Counted from the stretch's first letter, positions 10,068-21,368 are shown. The stretch: DNA of 64,000 bases from a bacterium (GCA_963555815.3 CAUVWX020000002.1:320001-384000), one strand, 5' to 3'. Numbers and translations: made by a program. The notes: generated from the letters alone by a model not told the origin.

Positions 10068-10526
10068 TTATCCCTTGCCTTCGGCGATGACGGCGATAGC
10101 CAGGGCACTGGTAATGGCGACAATCGCCCAGAACAGTAGCTCTAAAAATACCAGGGCAATCGGCTCGCCGAAGAGGTTGAAGGGTGTGAAGAATTCAAAG
10201 AAGGTGTAGGAGAGGAAGAACACAAGGAGAGCCATCCGCCACGCCTTTCGCACAACCCCATCCGGCCACGCAGGAGAGACCCATCTGTAAACAAAGCCTT
10301 GGCCGATGCCAAAGAGAACGAGCCCGATGGCAAACGTAATCGGATTCGTCACCGCCAGCGGCAGCGGGTCGATTTCAGTCCATACCGCAATCAGCTTGGG
10401 GCTTTGGATGGAGGGGTCCAGCAGGATCCCTCCGCCAAAAAACTGGAAGGTCAGAAACCCAAAAAGGTTCAACACCAACCCTCCGACAAAACCCGCGAGC
10501 AGTGTTCTGGAGACAGAACCCTTCAT
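10068..10526 (-). CDS. Hypothetical membrane protein (about 4 TM)
   Basis: Four hydrophobic segments; G-rich RBS before ATG at 10526. Confidence 0.7.
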   Translation of the reverse strand: MKGSVSRTLLAGFVGGLVLNLFGFLTFQFFGGGILLDPSIQSPKLIAVWTEIDPLPLAVTNPITFAIGLVLFGIGQGFVYRWVSPAWPDGVVRKAWRMALLVFFLSYTFFEFFTPFNLFGEPIALVFLELLFWAIVAITSALAIAVIAEGKG

Positions 10527-10672
10527 GGTGATACCCCCCCCTTCTTTAGGGGACAAGGCGTCGTGAAAAAGCCCCTCCCCGTTTCCCCTTAAACCCCCAG
10601 ACTAGATTGATCCGCTAACCTCCATTAAGGTAGAGTTCCACTCCTCGGACGGGTCCCGTGGAAGGAGACGAA

Positions 10673-12358
10673 GTGGATGTTCTCGGGGTTTATTGTTTTG
10701 GCCAGCATGATTCCTCGGCGGCCCTCCTTCGAGACGGCCGGGTCTTTGCCGCCTGTGAGGAAGAGCGTTTCACGCGAAGAAAGTTTGACAACTGTTTTCC
10801 CGCGGAGTCCATCGCCTTCTGTCTTGGCCAGAACAGCATCGAGGTCAGGGACCTTGACGCGGTGGCATTTGGCTGGAATCCGCGCCTCCATCGGCTCGAC
10901 AAGGCCCTTCACATCCTGAAACATTTTCCCCGCTCGCTGCGGGTCCTCACCCGCTCCGGGCCGCGGCATCTCCGCCTGAACTCCTTCACACGACATTTTA
11001 GCAATAGGACTAATTTTAGGGGGCCCATTCATTTGGTCAACCACCATCTGGCCCATGCGGCAAGCGCCTTCTTTCTCTCCCCCTTCGAGGAGGCGGCGAT
11101 CCTGACCATTGACGGCGTGGGAGAGTGGGAGACCGTCTGGATGGGTCGAGGCCGGGGGGTGCGGCTGGAAAAAACAAGATCCCAGGGATGGCCCCATAGC
11201 CTGGGGAACGTGTACACGTCGGTCACTCAATATCTCGGTTTTCAGATGTACAGCGATGAATACAAGGTGATGGGGCTTGCTCCTTATGGGCGCCCCGCTT
11301 ATTTGGACCTGTTTCGGAAGATGGTGCCTTTGACAGACGGAGGCTTTGGCGTTGACACTTCTTATTTCGGCTACCACGTCGGAGAGGATCCGACCTATTC
11401 CAAAAAATTTATCCGGGAGCTCGGGCCTCCGCGAGAGCCTGAAGGGGAGATCCTCCCCCGACACCAGGACATCGCGGCCTCCCTTCAAGCGCGAACGGAG
11501 GAAATTCTTGTCCATCTTGCAAGGGAGGCCCTACAGCACACAAAGACAAAATATCTCTGTATGGCTGGGGGTGTCGCCCTAAACTCCGTCGCCGTCGGAA
11601 AGGTCATCGAGCTTGGCCTTGCCGAGGAAGTCTATGTTCCCCCCTGCGCCGGAGATGCGGGGGTCTCCCTCGGGGCAGCCCTCTACGTCGCCCACCATCT
11701 CAGCGGCCGGGAACGACAAGAACCTCTTCTGGACGCCCGTCTGGGCCCGGAGTGGTCGGATGAGATTATCCGGGAAACGCTGAAGGGGACAGGCCTCCTC
11801 TATCAGGAGTGGAGCGAGGGGGAGACGGCGGCCACACTAGCGGCAGGACAGGTGGTGGGGTGGTTTCAGGGTCGGATGGAGTTCGGTCAAAGGGCCCTCG
11901 GGGCCAGAAGCATCCTGGCAGACCCCCGCCGCCCGGAGATGAAAGATCTCATCAATGCCAAGGTTAAGTTTCGCGAAGCCTTTCGCCCCTTCGCACCCTC
12001 GGTTCCAGAGGAGCGGTTGGGCGAGTTCTTTCATGGGACGCAACCCTCTCCTTTCATGACCCAGGTATACCGGGTCCGGGAAGAAAGTCGCCCCCTCCTG
12101 CCGGCTGTCACCCACGTCGATGGGACGGCCCGCGTACAGACCGTCCGGCGGGACTTCGACCCCAAGTTCTGGTCTCTCCTTCAGGCCTTCGAGGCCCAGG
12201 CCGGCATTCCCGTCCTTCTCAACACCTCGTTCAACTTGAGGGGGGAGCCCATCGTCAACACTCCGGAAGAGGCGGTGAAGAGCTTTCTCAGGGCCAATCT
12301 GGATCTTCTCGTGATGGGACGCTGGGCGGCCCGAAAAGATCCCGAGACCCCTTTGTGA
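10673..12358 (+). CDS. Carbamoyltransferase (NodU/CmcH family)
   Basis: HDSSAA, EEERFTR, HHLAHAASAF, DGVGE, AGGVALN, RALGARSIL, FRPFAPS, NTSFN. Confidence 0.93.
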   Translation: MDVLGVYCFGQHDSSAALLRDGRVFAACEEERFTRRKFDNCFPAESIAFCLGQNSIEVRDLDAVAFGWNPRLHRLDKALHILKHFPRSLRVLTRSGPRHLRLNSFTRHFSNRTNFRGPIHLVNHHLAHAASAFFLSPFEEAAILTIDGVGEWETVWMGRGRGVRLEKTRSQGWPHSLGNVYTSVTQYLGFQMYSDEYKVMGLAPYGRPAYLDLFRKMVPLTDGGFGVDTSYFGYHVGEDPTYSKKFIRELGPPREPEGEILPRHQDIAASLQARTEEILVHLAREALQHTKTKYLCMAGGVALNSVAVGKVIELGLAEEVYVPPCAGDAGVSLGAALYVAHHLSGRERQEPLLDARLGPEWSDEIIRETLKGTGLLYQEWSEGETAATLAAGQVVGWFQGRMEFGQRALGARSILADPRRPEMKDLINAKVKFREAFRPFAPSVPEERLGEFFHGTQPSPFMTQVYRVREESRPLLPAVTHVDGTARVQTVRRDFDPKFWSLLQAFEAQAGIPVLLNTSFNLRGEPIVNTPEEAVKSFLRANLDLLVMGRWAARKDPETPL

Positions 12359-12432
12359 AGAATTCTCCGCCCTCCCCTCTCCTGCCCAATCCGTTTTTTT
12401 CTCTTGCCCTTTCGGGCGTCCGGAATGGACGT

Positions 12433-12459
12433 AAAAAGGCCGATTCCGCCGTCGGCTTT
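12433..12459. terminator. Possible terminator between convergent genes
   Basis: AAAAAGGCCGA-loop-TCGGCTTT hairpin with A/T tails. Confidence 0.4.
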
Positions 12460-12483
12460 CGCTGCGCCAAAGCACCTTAGTTA

Positions 12484-13248
12484 TCATTGTTGCCTACTCT
12501 GCCCACCGGGTTTTTTCTCTTTCCACAGACAGATCCTGAGCCGCACCAGATCTTGGAACGTCCTGATGATGCGAGGGATGATGCTGAGCGGAGGCGGGCG
12601 CATCTCCTCGACAATGACCGGGACCTCTGTCACCCTCCACCCGCTCGAGATCCCCCGCAGGATGAGCTCAGTATCAAAGATGTCTTGTTCAAAGCGGACC
12701 TTCTCGAGAAGGGTACGAACCGCCTGAGCCCTCCACAGCTTAATGCCATGAGTGTCATGGAAGGGGAAATTGAAAAGAAGGTGTAAAACCTTTTGGAACC
12801 CCCAGGTGATGAGGAGGCGGTTCCAGGGACGGCGGTCTTCAGAGCCCGGGATATTCTTGGCCGCGATGATCAGGTCATAGCGGTCCATAATCTCCAGGCC
12901 CTTTCTCGCGAACTCGACGTCCCAGTAATCCAGGTCGAAGTTGACGATGAATCGGCCTCGGGCTTGCCGAAACCCTTCGCGAAGCGCACGTCCGTAGTCA
13001 GCCTCGGGCAAGTTCAGGACTCGAATTTCAATCTTCCCGGTATGCTCTTCGGCGAGGGCTTTAGTCATGGCAGGAGTTTCGTCAGAGCTCCCATTTTCGA
13101 CCAGCAACAACTCCGCACGGACCTGTAGCTTCTTGTTGAGCTCGGCGAGGAGGGTCTCGGCAGTCCGGCGTAGGAGCTGCTCTTCGTTGTAAAGGGGGAT
13201 GACGACGGAAAGCTCGATGTCGCTGCCGGGGCCTTCAGCCAGATTCAA
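12484..13248 (-). CDS. GT2 polyprenol-phosphate glycosyltransferase-like protein
   Basis: LSVVIPLYNEE, VENGSSDET, YGRALREG, DLD (DxD), DTHGIK, FDTEL, EVPV. Confidence 0.85.
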   Translation of the reverse strand: MNLAEGPGSDIELSVVIPLYNEEQLLRRTAETLLAELNKKLQVRAELLLVENGSSDETPAMTKALAEEHTGKIEIRVLNLPEADYGRALREGFRQARGRFIVNFDLDYWDVEFARKGLEIMDRYDLIIAAKNIPGSEDRRPWNRLLITWGFQKVLHLLFNFPFHDTHGIKLWRAQAVRTLLEKVRFEQDIFDTELILRGISSGWRVTEVPVIVEEMRPPPLSIIPRIIRTFQDLVRLRICLWKEKKPGGQSRQQ

Positions 13249-15699
13249 CTAACCGATGCCTCCTGACTCAGAACCATCATGAAGCCTCTTGGTTCGGCCC
13301 CTGCGCCGGGCCCAAAGGGATCCCCCCGCCAGGCCGAGACCGAAGAGGAAGCTCCCTAACGAGATTCCAAGACCCCACACAAAGGTTTGGGGGAGGAACC
13401 GGAACCGGACCTCGTGGACCCCCTCGGGCACTGGCACGGCGCGGAAAATATAATCGCCCGTCAGGAGCGGGGCCGGATGGCCGTCCACTTCGGCCCTCCA
13501 GCCGGGGTGGTAGCTGTCCGTGAGAACCAAGACACCCGGTTGATCTGTGTCCGTTTCTACCACGACCTCGTTAAGCCCGTAGTGGACTATTTCGGCCTGG
13601 GCCCGGGTGGCGAATCCTGTCGGACGATGCTCCGGCGGAAGGGGGGCATCCAGCAGAACGCGACGGCCAAAGTCGAATCCACTATCGGACATTCGGGCGA
13701 TGGCTTCTTGAGGACCCTTCGCCACTTCCGTCTCGTGGACGATGAAGGCGCGGGGGAGGACATCTCTGTTCTCGTAGATCCGCACCTCGCTCGAGTGGAC
13801 CAACCGGAACTGGTCGGGCCGGAGCAGATCGGACTCATCGTTTGAAAGGATCAGATATTTCACATTAAAGAGATTAAGCCACTTGAACCAGGTGGTGTTT
13901 CGGTACATGTCGAAACGATTTCGATAAAGGTTATCCAAACCGGCCAGATTCGAGCCCTCGATGCCACTGAAGAGTTGTGCATGACGGCTCCACATGAAAT
14001 TTGTCCAACCCCGGATATCAGATACCCCTCCCACCATAGCCGTGTTGGGGGCAAGAACGCGGGCAAACCAGCTGAAGGGCCCTGCAAAATCCTGAAAGGC
14101 GGTGATGCGAAAGAGACCCGGCTGGCTTTCGAGATAATCAAAAGCGGCGGTGCGGGGATACCATTGCTCCCGTGTGGGTAAGCGAAAGGGGAGCCGTGTC
14201 ACCACCATGAGGTCCACGGCCAGCAGACCGATGATAAGAACCCAGGCGGTCCGACGGGCCAGGGCGCCCCGGCTCCAAAGAAAGAGGCCCACCCCCGCGG
14301 CCGCCGTGACAGCAATGGCCATCATGGGGGAAACATTCCCCAGCAGACGCCCCAAAGGCCCCTCCCCTCCCAGAGAACTTCTCACGAAAGTCATTCCGAT
14401 AAGGAGGGCCAAGACGACGACAAGCGCCACGAGATAGCGTCTTCTCCGGCGCATCTCATCGCCACTCTCCAGGAGATGTTGCAGGCTCAAGGCCCCCAGG
14501 ACGGGAATGACTATGGTCGTCACCAGGGCCTGGTTATGATGTTGGAGGAAGGGGCGGATGATTGAGACGGGCAGAAGTTCGCCCCAGTTCAGAGTGACTA
14601 ACGTCACAAGAAACCGGCCCAACCCGGAGATGAGAAGAGAAGCGATGGCAACACTCAGATAGAGGCGGTAGGGTTGGCGCTGAACCCGTCCAAGGGAGAA
14701 CAGGATAACGATGAAGGTAAGAAAACCGAAGTAAAAGAGATTTCCCCCAAAAGCCCGCAAAATGAGGGGAGGACCGATAGGGAAGGCCAAATTGAGCCCC
14801 AGGTAGGCGAACTGCTTGGTCAGGGCTGGTCCGGTCGCATCCACCGCATCCAGGTCTATGGGATAGCCCGAAAGGAGGCGGGATGAAAGGAGATAGTTTT
14901 CGGCGGAAGGAAAAAGCTTCACCCCCGAGATTCCCAGGCATAGGACGAGGGCCAGAAGGGAGCCGGCGACAAAATGAAGTTTGAAGGATCCAGGCCAGCC
15001 CCGCCATCGCCGAAAGGCGATGCTCAGCCACAGGACCCCCATCAGGGTGTAGAGGACCGGCGTGTTGAACTCGAGTCCGCCAAGGAAAACAAGCGCCAGG
15101 GTTCCCCCGAGAAGGACAAAAGGCCAGTACCTAAAGGGTGGGTCCGCCGCGACATCCAGGGCCCAGAGGGCGAGGGGTATCCACATCAGCTCCTCAATGC
15201 TGAGGAGAAATGTCTGCTCGATTAGTTGGCCTGAGAACATAAATATGAGGGCCCCGGCTGAGGCGGCCCCTCGGCTTCGGGTTAAGCGAAAGAGATAAAG
15301 GTACATGAACAGGCCAGCCAGGAAGACCTGGAGAGCAACGTGCCAGTTGATGGCCGCGGGGAAGTCGAGAAGGGCGTATACGAAATTCGTTACGGCCAAA
15401 GTGTGCTTGTTCGAGCTGGCAAAGAAAGGCGTTCCGCCCAGGATGAGCGGGTTCCAGAGGGGGAACTCCCCACGGTCAAAGAGGGCTCGTGCGAGAAAGA
15501 TCTGGTTGGGGATGTAGAAAGTGGTGTTGTCCTGCTCGATGAGCTCTTCGATGTCCCGGTAAGGGCTGTACGCCTTCCAGGGATAGGATGAAAAGAGGGC
15601 TGGCCCGTCTGTCCACACCCGGTTCCCGAAGAGGGAATCGGAAAAATAGATCCCAGTCAGCCCTGCCAAGAGGATAACGACGAGAATATGGCGTTTCAT
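13249..15699 (-). CDS. YfhO family polytopic membrane protein (GT-C-like)
   Basis: PLWNP..LGGTPF, many TM helices, NVKY, YEN..VLPRAF, DSYHPGWRA.VDG, FRAVPVPEG.H.V.FRF.P. Confidence 0.85.
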   Translation of the reverse strand: MKRHILVVILLAGLTGIYFSDSLFGNRVWTDGPALFSSYPWKAYSPYRDIEELIEQDNTTFYIPNQIFLARALFDRGEFPLWNPLILGGTPFFASSNKHTLAVTNFVYALLDFPAAINWHVALQVFLAGLFMYLYLFRLTRSRGAASAGALIFMFSGQLIEQTFLLSIEELMWIPLALWALDVAADPPFRYWPFVLLGGTLALVFLGGLEFNTPVLYTLMGVLWLSIAFRRWRGWPGSFKLHFVAGSLLALVLCLGISGVKLFPSAENYLLSSRLLSGYPIDLDAVDATGPALTKQFAYLGLNLAFPIGPPLILRAFGGNLFYFGFLTFIVILFSLGRVQRQPYRLYLSVAIASLLISGLGRFLVTLVTLNWGELLPVSIIRPFLQHHNQALVTTIVIPVLGALSLQHLLESGDEMRRRRRYLVALVVVLALLIGMTFVRSSLGGEGPLGRLLGNVSPMMAIAVTAAAGVGLFLWSRGALARRTAWVLIIGLLAVDLMVVTRLPFRLPTREQWYPRTAAFDYLESQPGLFRITAFQDFAGPFSWFARVLAPNTAMVGGVSDIRGWTNFMWSRHAQLFSGIEGSNLAGLDNLYRNRFDMYRNTTWFKWLNLFNVKYLILSNDESDLLRPDQFRLVHSSEVRIYENRDVLPRAFIVHETEVAKGPQEAIARMSDSGFDFGRRVLLDAPLPPEHRPTGFATRAQAEIVHYGLNEVVVETDTDQPGVLVLTDSYHPGWRAEVDGHPAPLLTGDYIFRAVPVPEGVHEVRFRFLPQTFVWGLGISLGSFLFGLGLAGGSLWARRRGRTKRLHDGSESGGIG

Positions 15700-15727
15700 C
15701 CGAGGTTTCGTCCTCGGCGGATGTCTG

Positions 15728-16597
15728 TCACGGTTCCTGGACACATCTAAAGCCAACGGTGAAGTCGTGGGCAGGGGCTTTTTCGCTCCAGCGCCGGTCG
15801 GTGATGAGTAATCTGTTGAGCAGATTGATCCAGGATCCCCCTTTCTGAAGGGCCCACTCCCCTGGAGCCTGGGGAGGGCCCCGCTTCAGGTCCGGGACTC
15901 GAACGCCCCAGGCCCCTGGGGTGGGTCGCCTGTTCCGGTCCAGAACTCCTACCTGGTAGCCCTCACTCACCCATTCGGACACGTTTCCGGCCATCTGGTA
16001 GATACCGTAAGGGCTCACTCCGTCCGGAAAGGCGGTGATCGGGGCGGTATAGTGATAGCCGTCGGCCTTGAAGTCGGTCGTGAAGTAGTCCTGCCCGACT
16101 CTCAAGACAGGGTTGAAATTGGCCCGGTCAGTGGAATTCGGATAAGAGATCTCCGGGGCGCTTCCCCACGGGAGGGTCCATAACTCATCGCCTCGCGCGG
16201 CCTTCTCCCATTCGGCCTCCGTAGGAAGACGTTTACCGGCCCAGGCACAGTAGGCGCTGACATCGTCGAAGGAGACCCCCACCACAGGGTGCTCCGGGTC
16301 ATCGAACCGAAGGTCCTTCCAAAAGCGCGGCTCCTGGCGGCCTGTGTCCTTCAGAAAGATGTCGTATAAGCGGTTTGAAACTTCGTACTTATCGATGTAA
16401 AAGCCCGTCCTTAGTCCGGGGTCAGAGAGAGTGAATGTACTGGAAATTCGAAGGGGTCCCGGTGCGACCCACACCATGGGCGCCCCGTCGCGGGCCTGGA
16501 TCTCCCGCGGGCCTTGGGCGGAGGTCGGCTCTCGAAACACCAGGGGGATGGATAAAGTGACTATTCCCGCCATAAAGAGAAGGAGGGGGACTTTCAT
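15728..16597 (-). CDS. FGE-sulfatase (SUMF1-like) domain exported protein
   Basis: FYIDKYEVSN, HPVVGVS, KRLPTEAEWEKAARG, MAGNVSEW, KGGSW, GFRC; lacks the catalytic Cys pair of true FGE. Confidence 0.85.
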   Translation of the reverse strand: MKVPLLLFMAGIVTLSIPLVFREPTSAQGPREIQARDGAPMVWVAPGPLRISSTFTLSDPGLRTGFYIDKYEVSNRLYDIFLKDTGRQEPRFWKDLRFDDPEHPVVGVSFDDVSAYCAWAGKRLPTEAEWEKAARGDELWTLPWGSAPEISYPNSTDRANFNPVLRVGQDYFTTDFKADGYHYTAPITAFPDGVSPYGIYQMAGNVSEWVSEGYQVGVLDRNRRPTPGAWGVRVPDLKRGPPQAPGEWALQKGGSWINLLNRLLITDRRWSEKAPAHDFTVGFRCVQEP

Positions 16598-16765
16598 GGA
16601 GAACGGGTCTCCTCTCCTTTGACGATTCGCTCCACGGGTTCGTCCACCCGGTCTCCCTCAAAGAGGCCTCATCGTGCGTGCATCTTAGCATGAGGGGATG
16701 CGCAGGATGAGGTGCCCATCAGACTCTATGAGCTTCGAGGGTTTTTTGTAAGGGACCGGGCGTTT

Positions 16766-17680
16766 TCAAAAGATTCCCTTCTCTCGAAGCAGGGAGATCC
16801 CATCCAAGACTTCTTCTTCCTTCGCCTGGCGGTGAACCTCCAGGACCCGGAGGGTGTCGGGCGAGAGATGGCTTGCCAGAAGGTCGTAGTCGGCGTCCCC
16901 TTGGCCCGGGGCGATGTGGTCGGCGTATCCTTTTGCATCATGAATGTGAAGGCCGATGAGGTGGGGCCCAAGGACCTGAAGGACCTCCGCCATGCGGGCG
17001 AGGCCCAGGTTCTCATGGACGGTGCCGTGGCCTACGTCGTGCCAGTATCCAAAATTTCCCCCATCGAAGTCCTTGAGGATCTGTGCGGTCTCTTCATAAG
17101 TCGGGTAGTCTTCCAGATAAATGCGGTTCTCGATGCCGAGGAGGATCCCCAGGGCCTCCGCTTGGCGTGTTAGGGCCTCAAGACTGAAGTAGACGGCGTC
17201 TTGGACTGCCTCCCCCGCCCGGGTCCGCTCGGCCTTAATCTCCGAGATTTTCTCGACTCCCTCCTGGGTTTCAATTCGGTCGCGGTCAAAGAGGGCCTGA
17301 AGGAGCTTGTTTGGAGGCTTCACGGAGGTGGTCCCCAGGTGAAGCACAACGGCCTTTGCTTCGAGATCGGCCGCCAGTTCCAGGGTCCGCCGGGAGAGCT
17401 CCAGGGCAACGTCGCGCTCCTCGGCGTCCGAGGAGGAAAAGAGGGGCTCTGGGCGGGCCTCCTCTCCGGGCCGAAGCCTAGGGGCGAATTTGGGGCAGTA
17501 GTTGTGCACGCTGGTGGTTAGGATGGAGTGGTCGCGAAGGGAGGGGAGGATCTCTCCCAAGAGGGGTTTGGTGACGGAATTGGAGATTTCGATGGCCTGA
17601 AAGCCAAAACGTTTCACCTCATCGAGGATAAGCGCCCCGCTCTTCTCATCACGCCAGTAAGCAGTAGAGATACCGATCAT
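16766..17680 (-). CDS. Sugar phosphate isomerase/epimerase family TIM-barrel protein
   Basis: SVHNY, VVLHLG, GIENR, HDVGH, HIHD, DHIAPG.G, LEV. Confidence 0.8.
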   Translation of the reverse strand: MIGISTAYWRDEKSGALILDEVKRFGFQAIEISNSVTKPLLGEILPSLRDHSILTTSVHNYCPKFAPRLRPGEEARPEPLFSSSDAEERDVALELSRRTLELAADLEAKAVVLHLGTTSVKPPNKLLQALFDRDRIETQEGVEKISEIKAERTRAGEAVQDAVYFSLEALTRQAEALGILLGIENRIYLEDYPTYEETAQILKDFDGGNFGYWHDVGHGTVHENLGLARMAEVLQVLGPHLIGLHIHDAKGYADHIAPGQGDADYDLLASHLSPDTLRVLEVHRQAKEEEVLDGISLLREKGIF

Positions 17681-17694
17681 CTAATCACCCCCAG

Positions 17695-18474
17695 TCACGC
17701 CCGGAATTTTGGTTTTCGTTTCTCCAGGAAAGCCCGGGCCCCCTCCTGCATGTCCTCGGTCCCGCAGATCTCCCCGAAGAGATCAACCTCTACCTGAAGA
17801 CCTTGGGTGAGGCTTGTCTCCAATCCCTGTCGAACCGCTTGCAGGGTGGCTTCCACCGCCCGACGGGGCTGTGCGGCCAGGAGGCGAGCGAGGTCCTCGG
17901 CCGCCTCGAGAAGGCGGTCCTTTGGGACCACCTTTTGAACGAGGCCGATGCGCTCAGCCTCGGCCGCTTCTATCACCCGTCCCGTCAGGAGGAGTTCCAG
18001 CGCCCTTCCCCGGCCCACCAGGCGAGGGAGCCTCTGAGTTCCGCCATAGCCGGCGATGAGTCCAAGACCCACCTCGGGCTGGCCCATTTTTGCCCCCTCG
18101 GCGGCGATCCGAAGTGTGCAGGCCATGGCCAGCTCAAGGCCCCCTCCGAGAGCGTAGCCCTGGATGGCCGCGATCACTGGCTTATTGAGGCCCTCGACAA
18201 GCCCCAGGAGTTGGTGCCCTCGCTCCGCCGTGGCTTTGCCGGAAACAGCGTCCAGGCGCGAGAGCTCGCTGATATCAGCCCCCGCCACAAAGGACCGCTC
18301 CCCAGCCCCGGAAAGGATCGCTACGCGAATAGAGGGTTCATCACGAACCTTCAAGAAAGCCGCCTCAAGCTCCTCCATGGCGGTCCGGTTGAGGGCGTTC
18401 ATTGTCTTCGGGCGGTTGACCGTCACGAAGGCGATTTTGTCCCGAAACTCTAAGGTAATGGGGGGTGTCCCCAT
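17695..18474 (-). CDS. Enoyl-CoA hydratase/crotonase
   Basis: NRPKTMNALN, FVAGADI, ALGGGLELAMAC, GQPEVGLG, GGTQRLPRLVG; AAGGAGG RBS before ATG at 18474. Confidence 0.92.
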   Translation of the reverse strand: MGTPPITLEFRDKIAFVTVNRPKTMNALNRTAMEELEAAFLKVRDEPSIRVAILSGAGERSFVAGADISELSRLDAVSGKATAERGHQLLGLVEGLNKPVIAAIQGYALGGGLELAMACTLRIAAEGAKMGQPEVGLGLIAGYGGTQRLPRLVGRGRALELLLTGRVIEAAEAERIGLVQKVVPKDRLLEAAEDLARLLAAQPRRAVEATLQAVRQGLETSLTQGLQVEVDLFGEICGTEDMQEGARAFLEKRKPKFRA

Positions 18475-18502
18475 GGCCAAAAACCTCCTTCGAAATGGAT
18501 GG

Positions 18503-18871
18503 CTAAGTGGCTCCCAGTTCTTCCAGTCGCTTGTCGCTGATCCCGAAGTGATGAGCGATCTCGTGAATGACCGTCTCCCGGATCTGCTCCCGGATCTCTC
18601 CAGGTCCTCGGCAGGCCCCCTCAATGGGGCCCTGAAAGAGAGTGATCCGGTCCGGGAGGATCGGGGGTAAATAGACACTGCGCCTTGTCCTGGGGACCCC
18701 CTGGTAGAGCCCGAAGAGGGTGTGCTGGGGAGGGACATTGAGTGCGTCTAAGATCTCGTTCCCCGGCCAGTCCTCAACCACGATCTGGACGTTGTCGAGC
18801 TTCTTGCGGAAATAAGTGGGGACCTCCCCGACCGCCTCAGCCACCAGTTCCAGAAAGGCCTCTCGCCTCAT
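18503..18871 (-). CDS. Zincin-like metallopeptidase (DUF1025)
   Basis: LFGLYQG, PDRITLFQ, HEIAHHFG (HExxH). Confidence 0.88.
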   Translation of the reverse strand: MRREAFLELVAEAVGEVPTYFRKKLDNVQIVVEDWPGNEILDALNVPPQHTLFGLYQGVPRTRRSVYLPPILPDRITLFQGPIEGACRGPGEIREQIRETVIHEIAHHFGISDKRLEELGAT

Positions 18872-18963
18872 GCGCCTTCTTTAGGTCCCGGTGGTGTTCA
18901 TAGGGGAAGACCTGGGGGTGGCCTCAAACTTAAAGTGATTTCTTGGGATATGCCGGAAAGCCA

Positions 18964-20178
18964 TCATGAGTTTTTGGTTTTCCCGTTACGTCCGTCAAAG
19001 GCTTCGACGATCAAGGCCAGGCCCTGCCCTCCCCCGACAGAGGCCGCCACCAGGCCAAAGCGTCTTGCCCTTCGCTGAAGCTCCATGAGGATTGTGAGCG
19101 TGAGACGGGCCCCGCTCGCCCCCAGGGGGTGGCCCAGCGCCACGGCTCCTCCGTTCACGTTGACGAGCTCCCGGTCGAGCCCCAATTCCTTTTCCACCGC
19201 CAGGTATTGTGCCGCGAAGGCCTCATTGACCTCAACGAGGTCCATGTCCTCCAGCCTCATCCCGGCCCGCTTCAGTGCCTTGAGGGAGGCGGGAGCCGGT
19301 CCAATGCCCATGATCTCGGGCGGCACCCCGACGATGCCCCAGGCCAGAAGGCGCCCCAGGGGCTTGAGGCCCTTTTTTTTGACCGTGTCCCCTGCGGCCA
19401 TGACCAGGGCGGCGGCCCCGTCGTTGATCCCGCTGGCGTTGCCGGCCGTCACAACCCCGTCTTCTTTGAAGGCGGGCTTGAGCTTCGAAAGTGCCTCCAG
19501 CGTGGTGTCCATCTGAAGATGTTCATCTACCTGGAATGGCCCCTCCTCCCCTATTCCCTCCTTGATCATAACCGGCACGATCTCCTCGGCCAGGCGTCCC
19601 GCGGAAATCGCCTCCTTGGCCCGCACCCGGCTCTGGTAGGCGAAGAGGTCAGCCTCCTCCCGGCTGATCTCGTACTGTTCGGCCAGGTTCTCCGTCGTCA
19701 GGCCCATGGAGCAGTTGCAGCGGAGATCGATCATGAGGGCCGACAGGGTGTCCTCAAGACTCGCTTGCCCCTGCCGAAGACCCCAGCGGGCCCCGTAGAT
19801 GGCATGGGGGGAGTTGCTCATGTTCTCTGTCCCCCCGACAAGGACGAACTTGGACTCCCCTAAGAGGATCTGATAGGCCCCTTCGATAATAGCCTGAATG
19901 CCCGAGGCGCAAAGTCGGTTCACTGTGAGGGCCGGGGCGCTCAGGGGGACCCCCACATTGAGGCCGACGTGGCGGGCGAGATAAGGAGCATCCTGGCTGG
20001 TTTGGATGACATTACCGATGACCACATGGTCAATGTCCTCGGGCGAGATCCCGGATCGCGCGAGGGCGCCCTTGGCGGCGATGGTGGCAAGTTCCGTCGC
20101 CGTGTGGTCCTTTAGCGCACCCCCATGGGCTCCAAAAGCGGTCCTGGCGCCACCGAGGAAAACAATTTCATTTTTCAT
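18964..20178 (-). CDS. Acetyl-CoA acyltransferase (thiolase) family protein
   Basis: NRLCASG, GTENMS, TAGNASGINDGA, NEAFA, GHPLGASG; C-terminal motif reads SVGGGQG instead of CxGGGQG. Confidence 0.92.
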   Translation of the reverse strand: MKNEIVFLGGARTAFGAHGGALKDHTATELATIAAKGALARSGISPEDIDHVVIGNVIQTSQDAPYLARHVGLNVGVPLSAPALTVNRLCASGIQAIIEGAYQILLGESKFVLVGGTENMSNSPHAIYGARWGLRQGQASLEDTLSALMIDLRCNCSMGLTTENLAEQYEISREEADLFAYQSRVRAKEAISAGRLAEEIVPVMIKEGIGEEGPFQVDEHLQMDTTLEALSKLKPAFKEDGVVTAGNASGINDGAAALVMAAGDTVKKKGLKPLGRLLAWGIVGVPPEIMGIGPAPASLKALKRAGMRLEDMDLVEVNEAFAAQYLAVEKELGLDRELVNVNGGAVALGHPLGASGARLTLTILMELQRRARRFGLVAASVGGGQGLALIVEAFDGRNGKTKNS

Positions 20179-20242
20179 GGGTGCCCTGTCTCTTGAAAGG
20201 CCCTCAGGCTCCGGACCGCCGCAGGCTCACACGGGGAGGGGC

Positions 20243-21219
<977 letters not shown>

Positions 21220-21368
21220 TAACTCTTCCTCAGCAGAAAACAATCCTCAGAGTATCGCATACGAGCCCCCCCAGGGCCAATTCCTTGATCCGAGGAAGTT
21301 GCGTCCTTTTGAGACTGGAGAAAAATAAGAAGTTACGAAGATTCAGGCGGGATGAGTATCAACTCTGC

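Noticed and set aside
15728..16597. True formylglycine-generating enzyme or DGR target
   Set aside because: No catalytic Cys pair, and no reverse transcriptase or template repeat seen in the window
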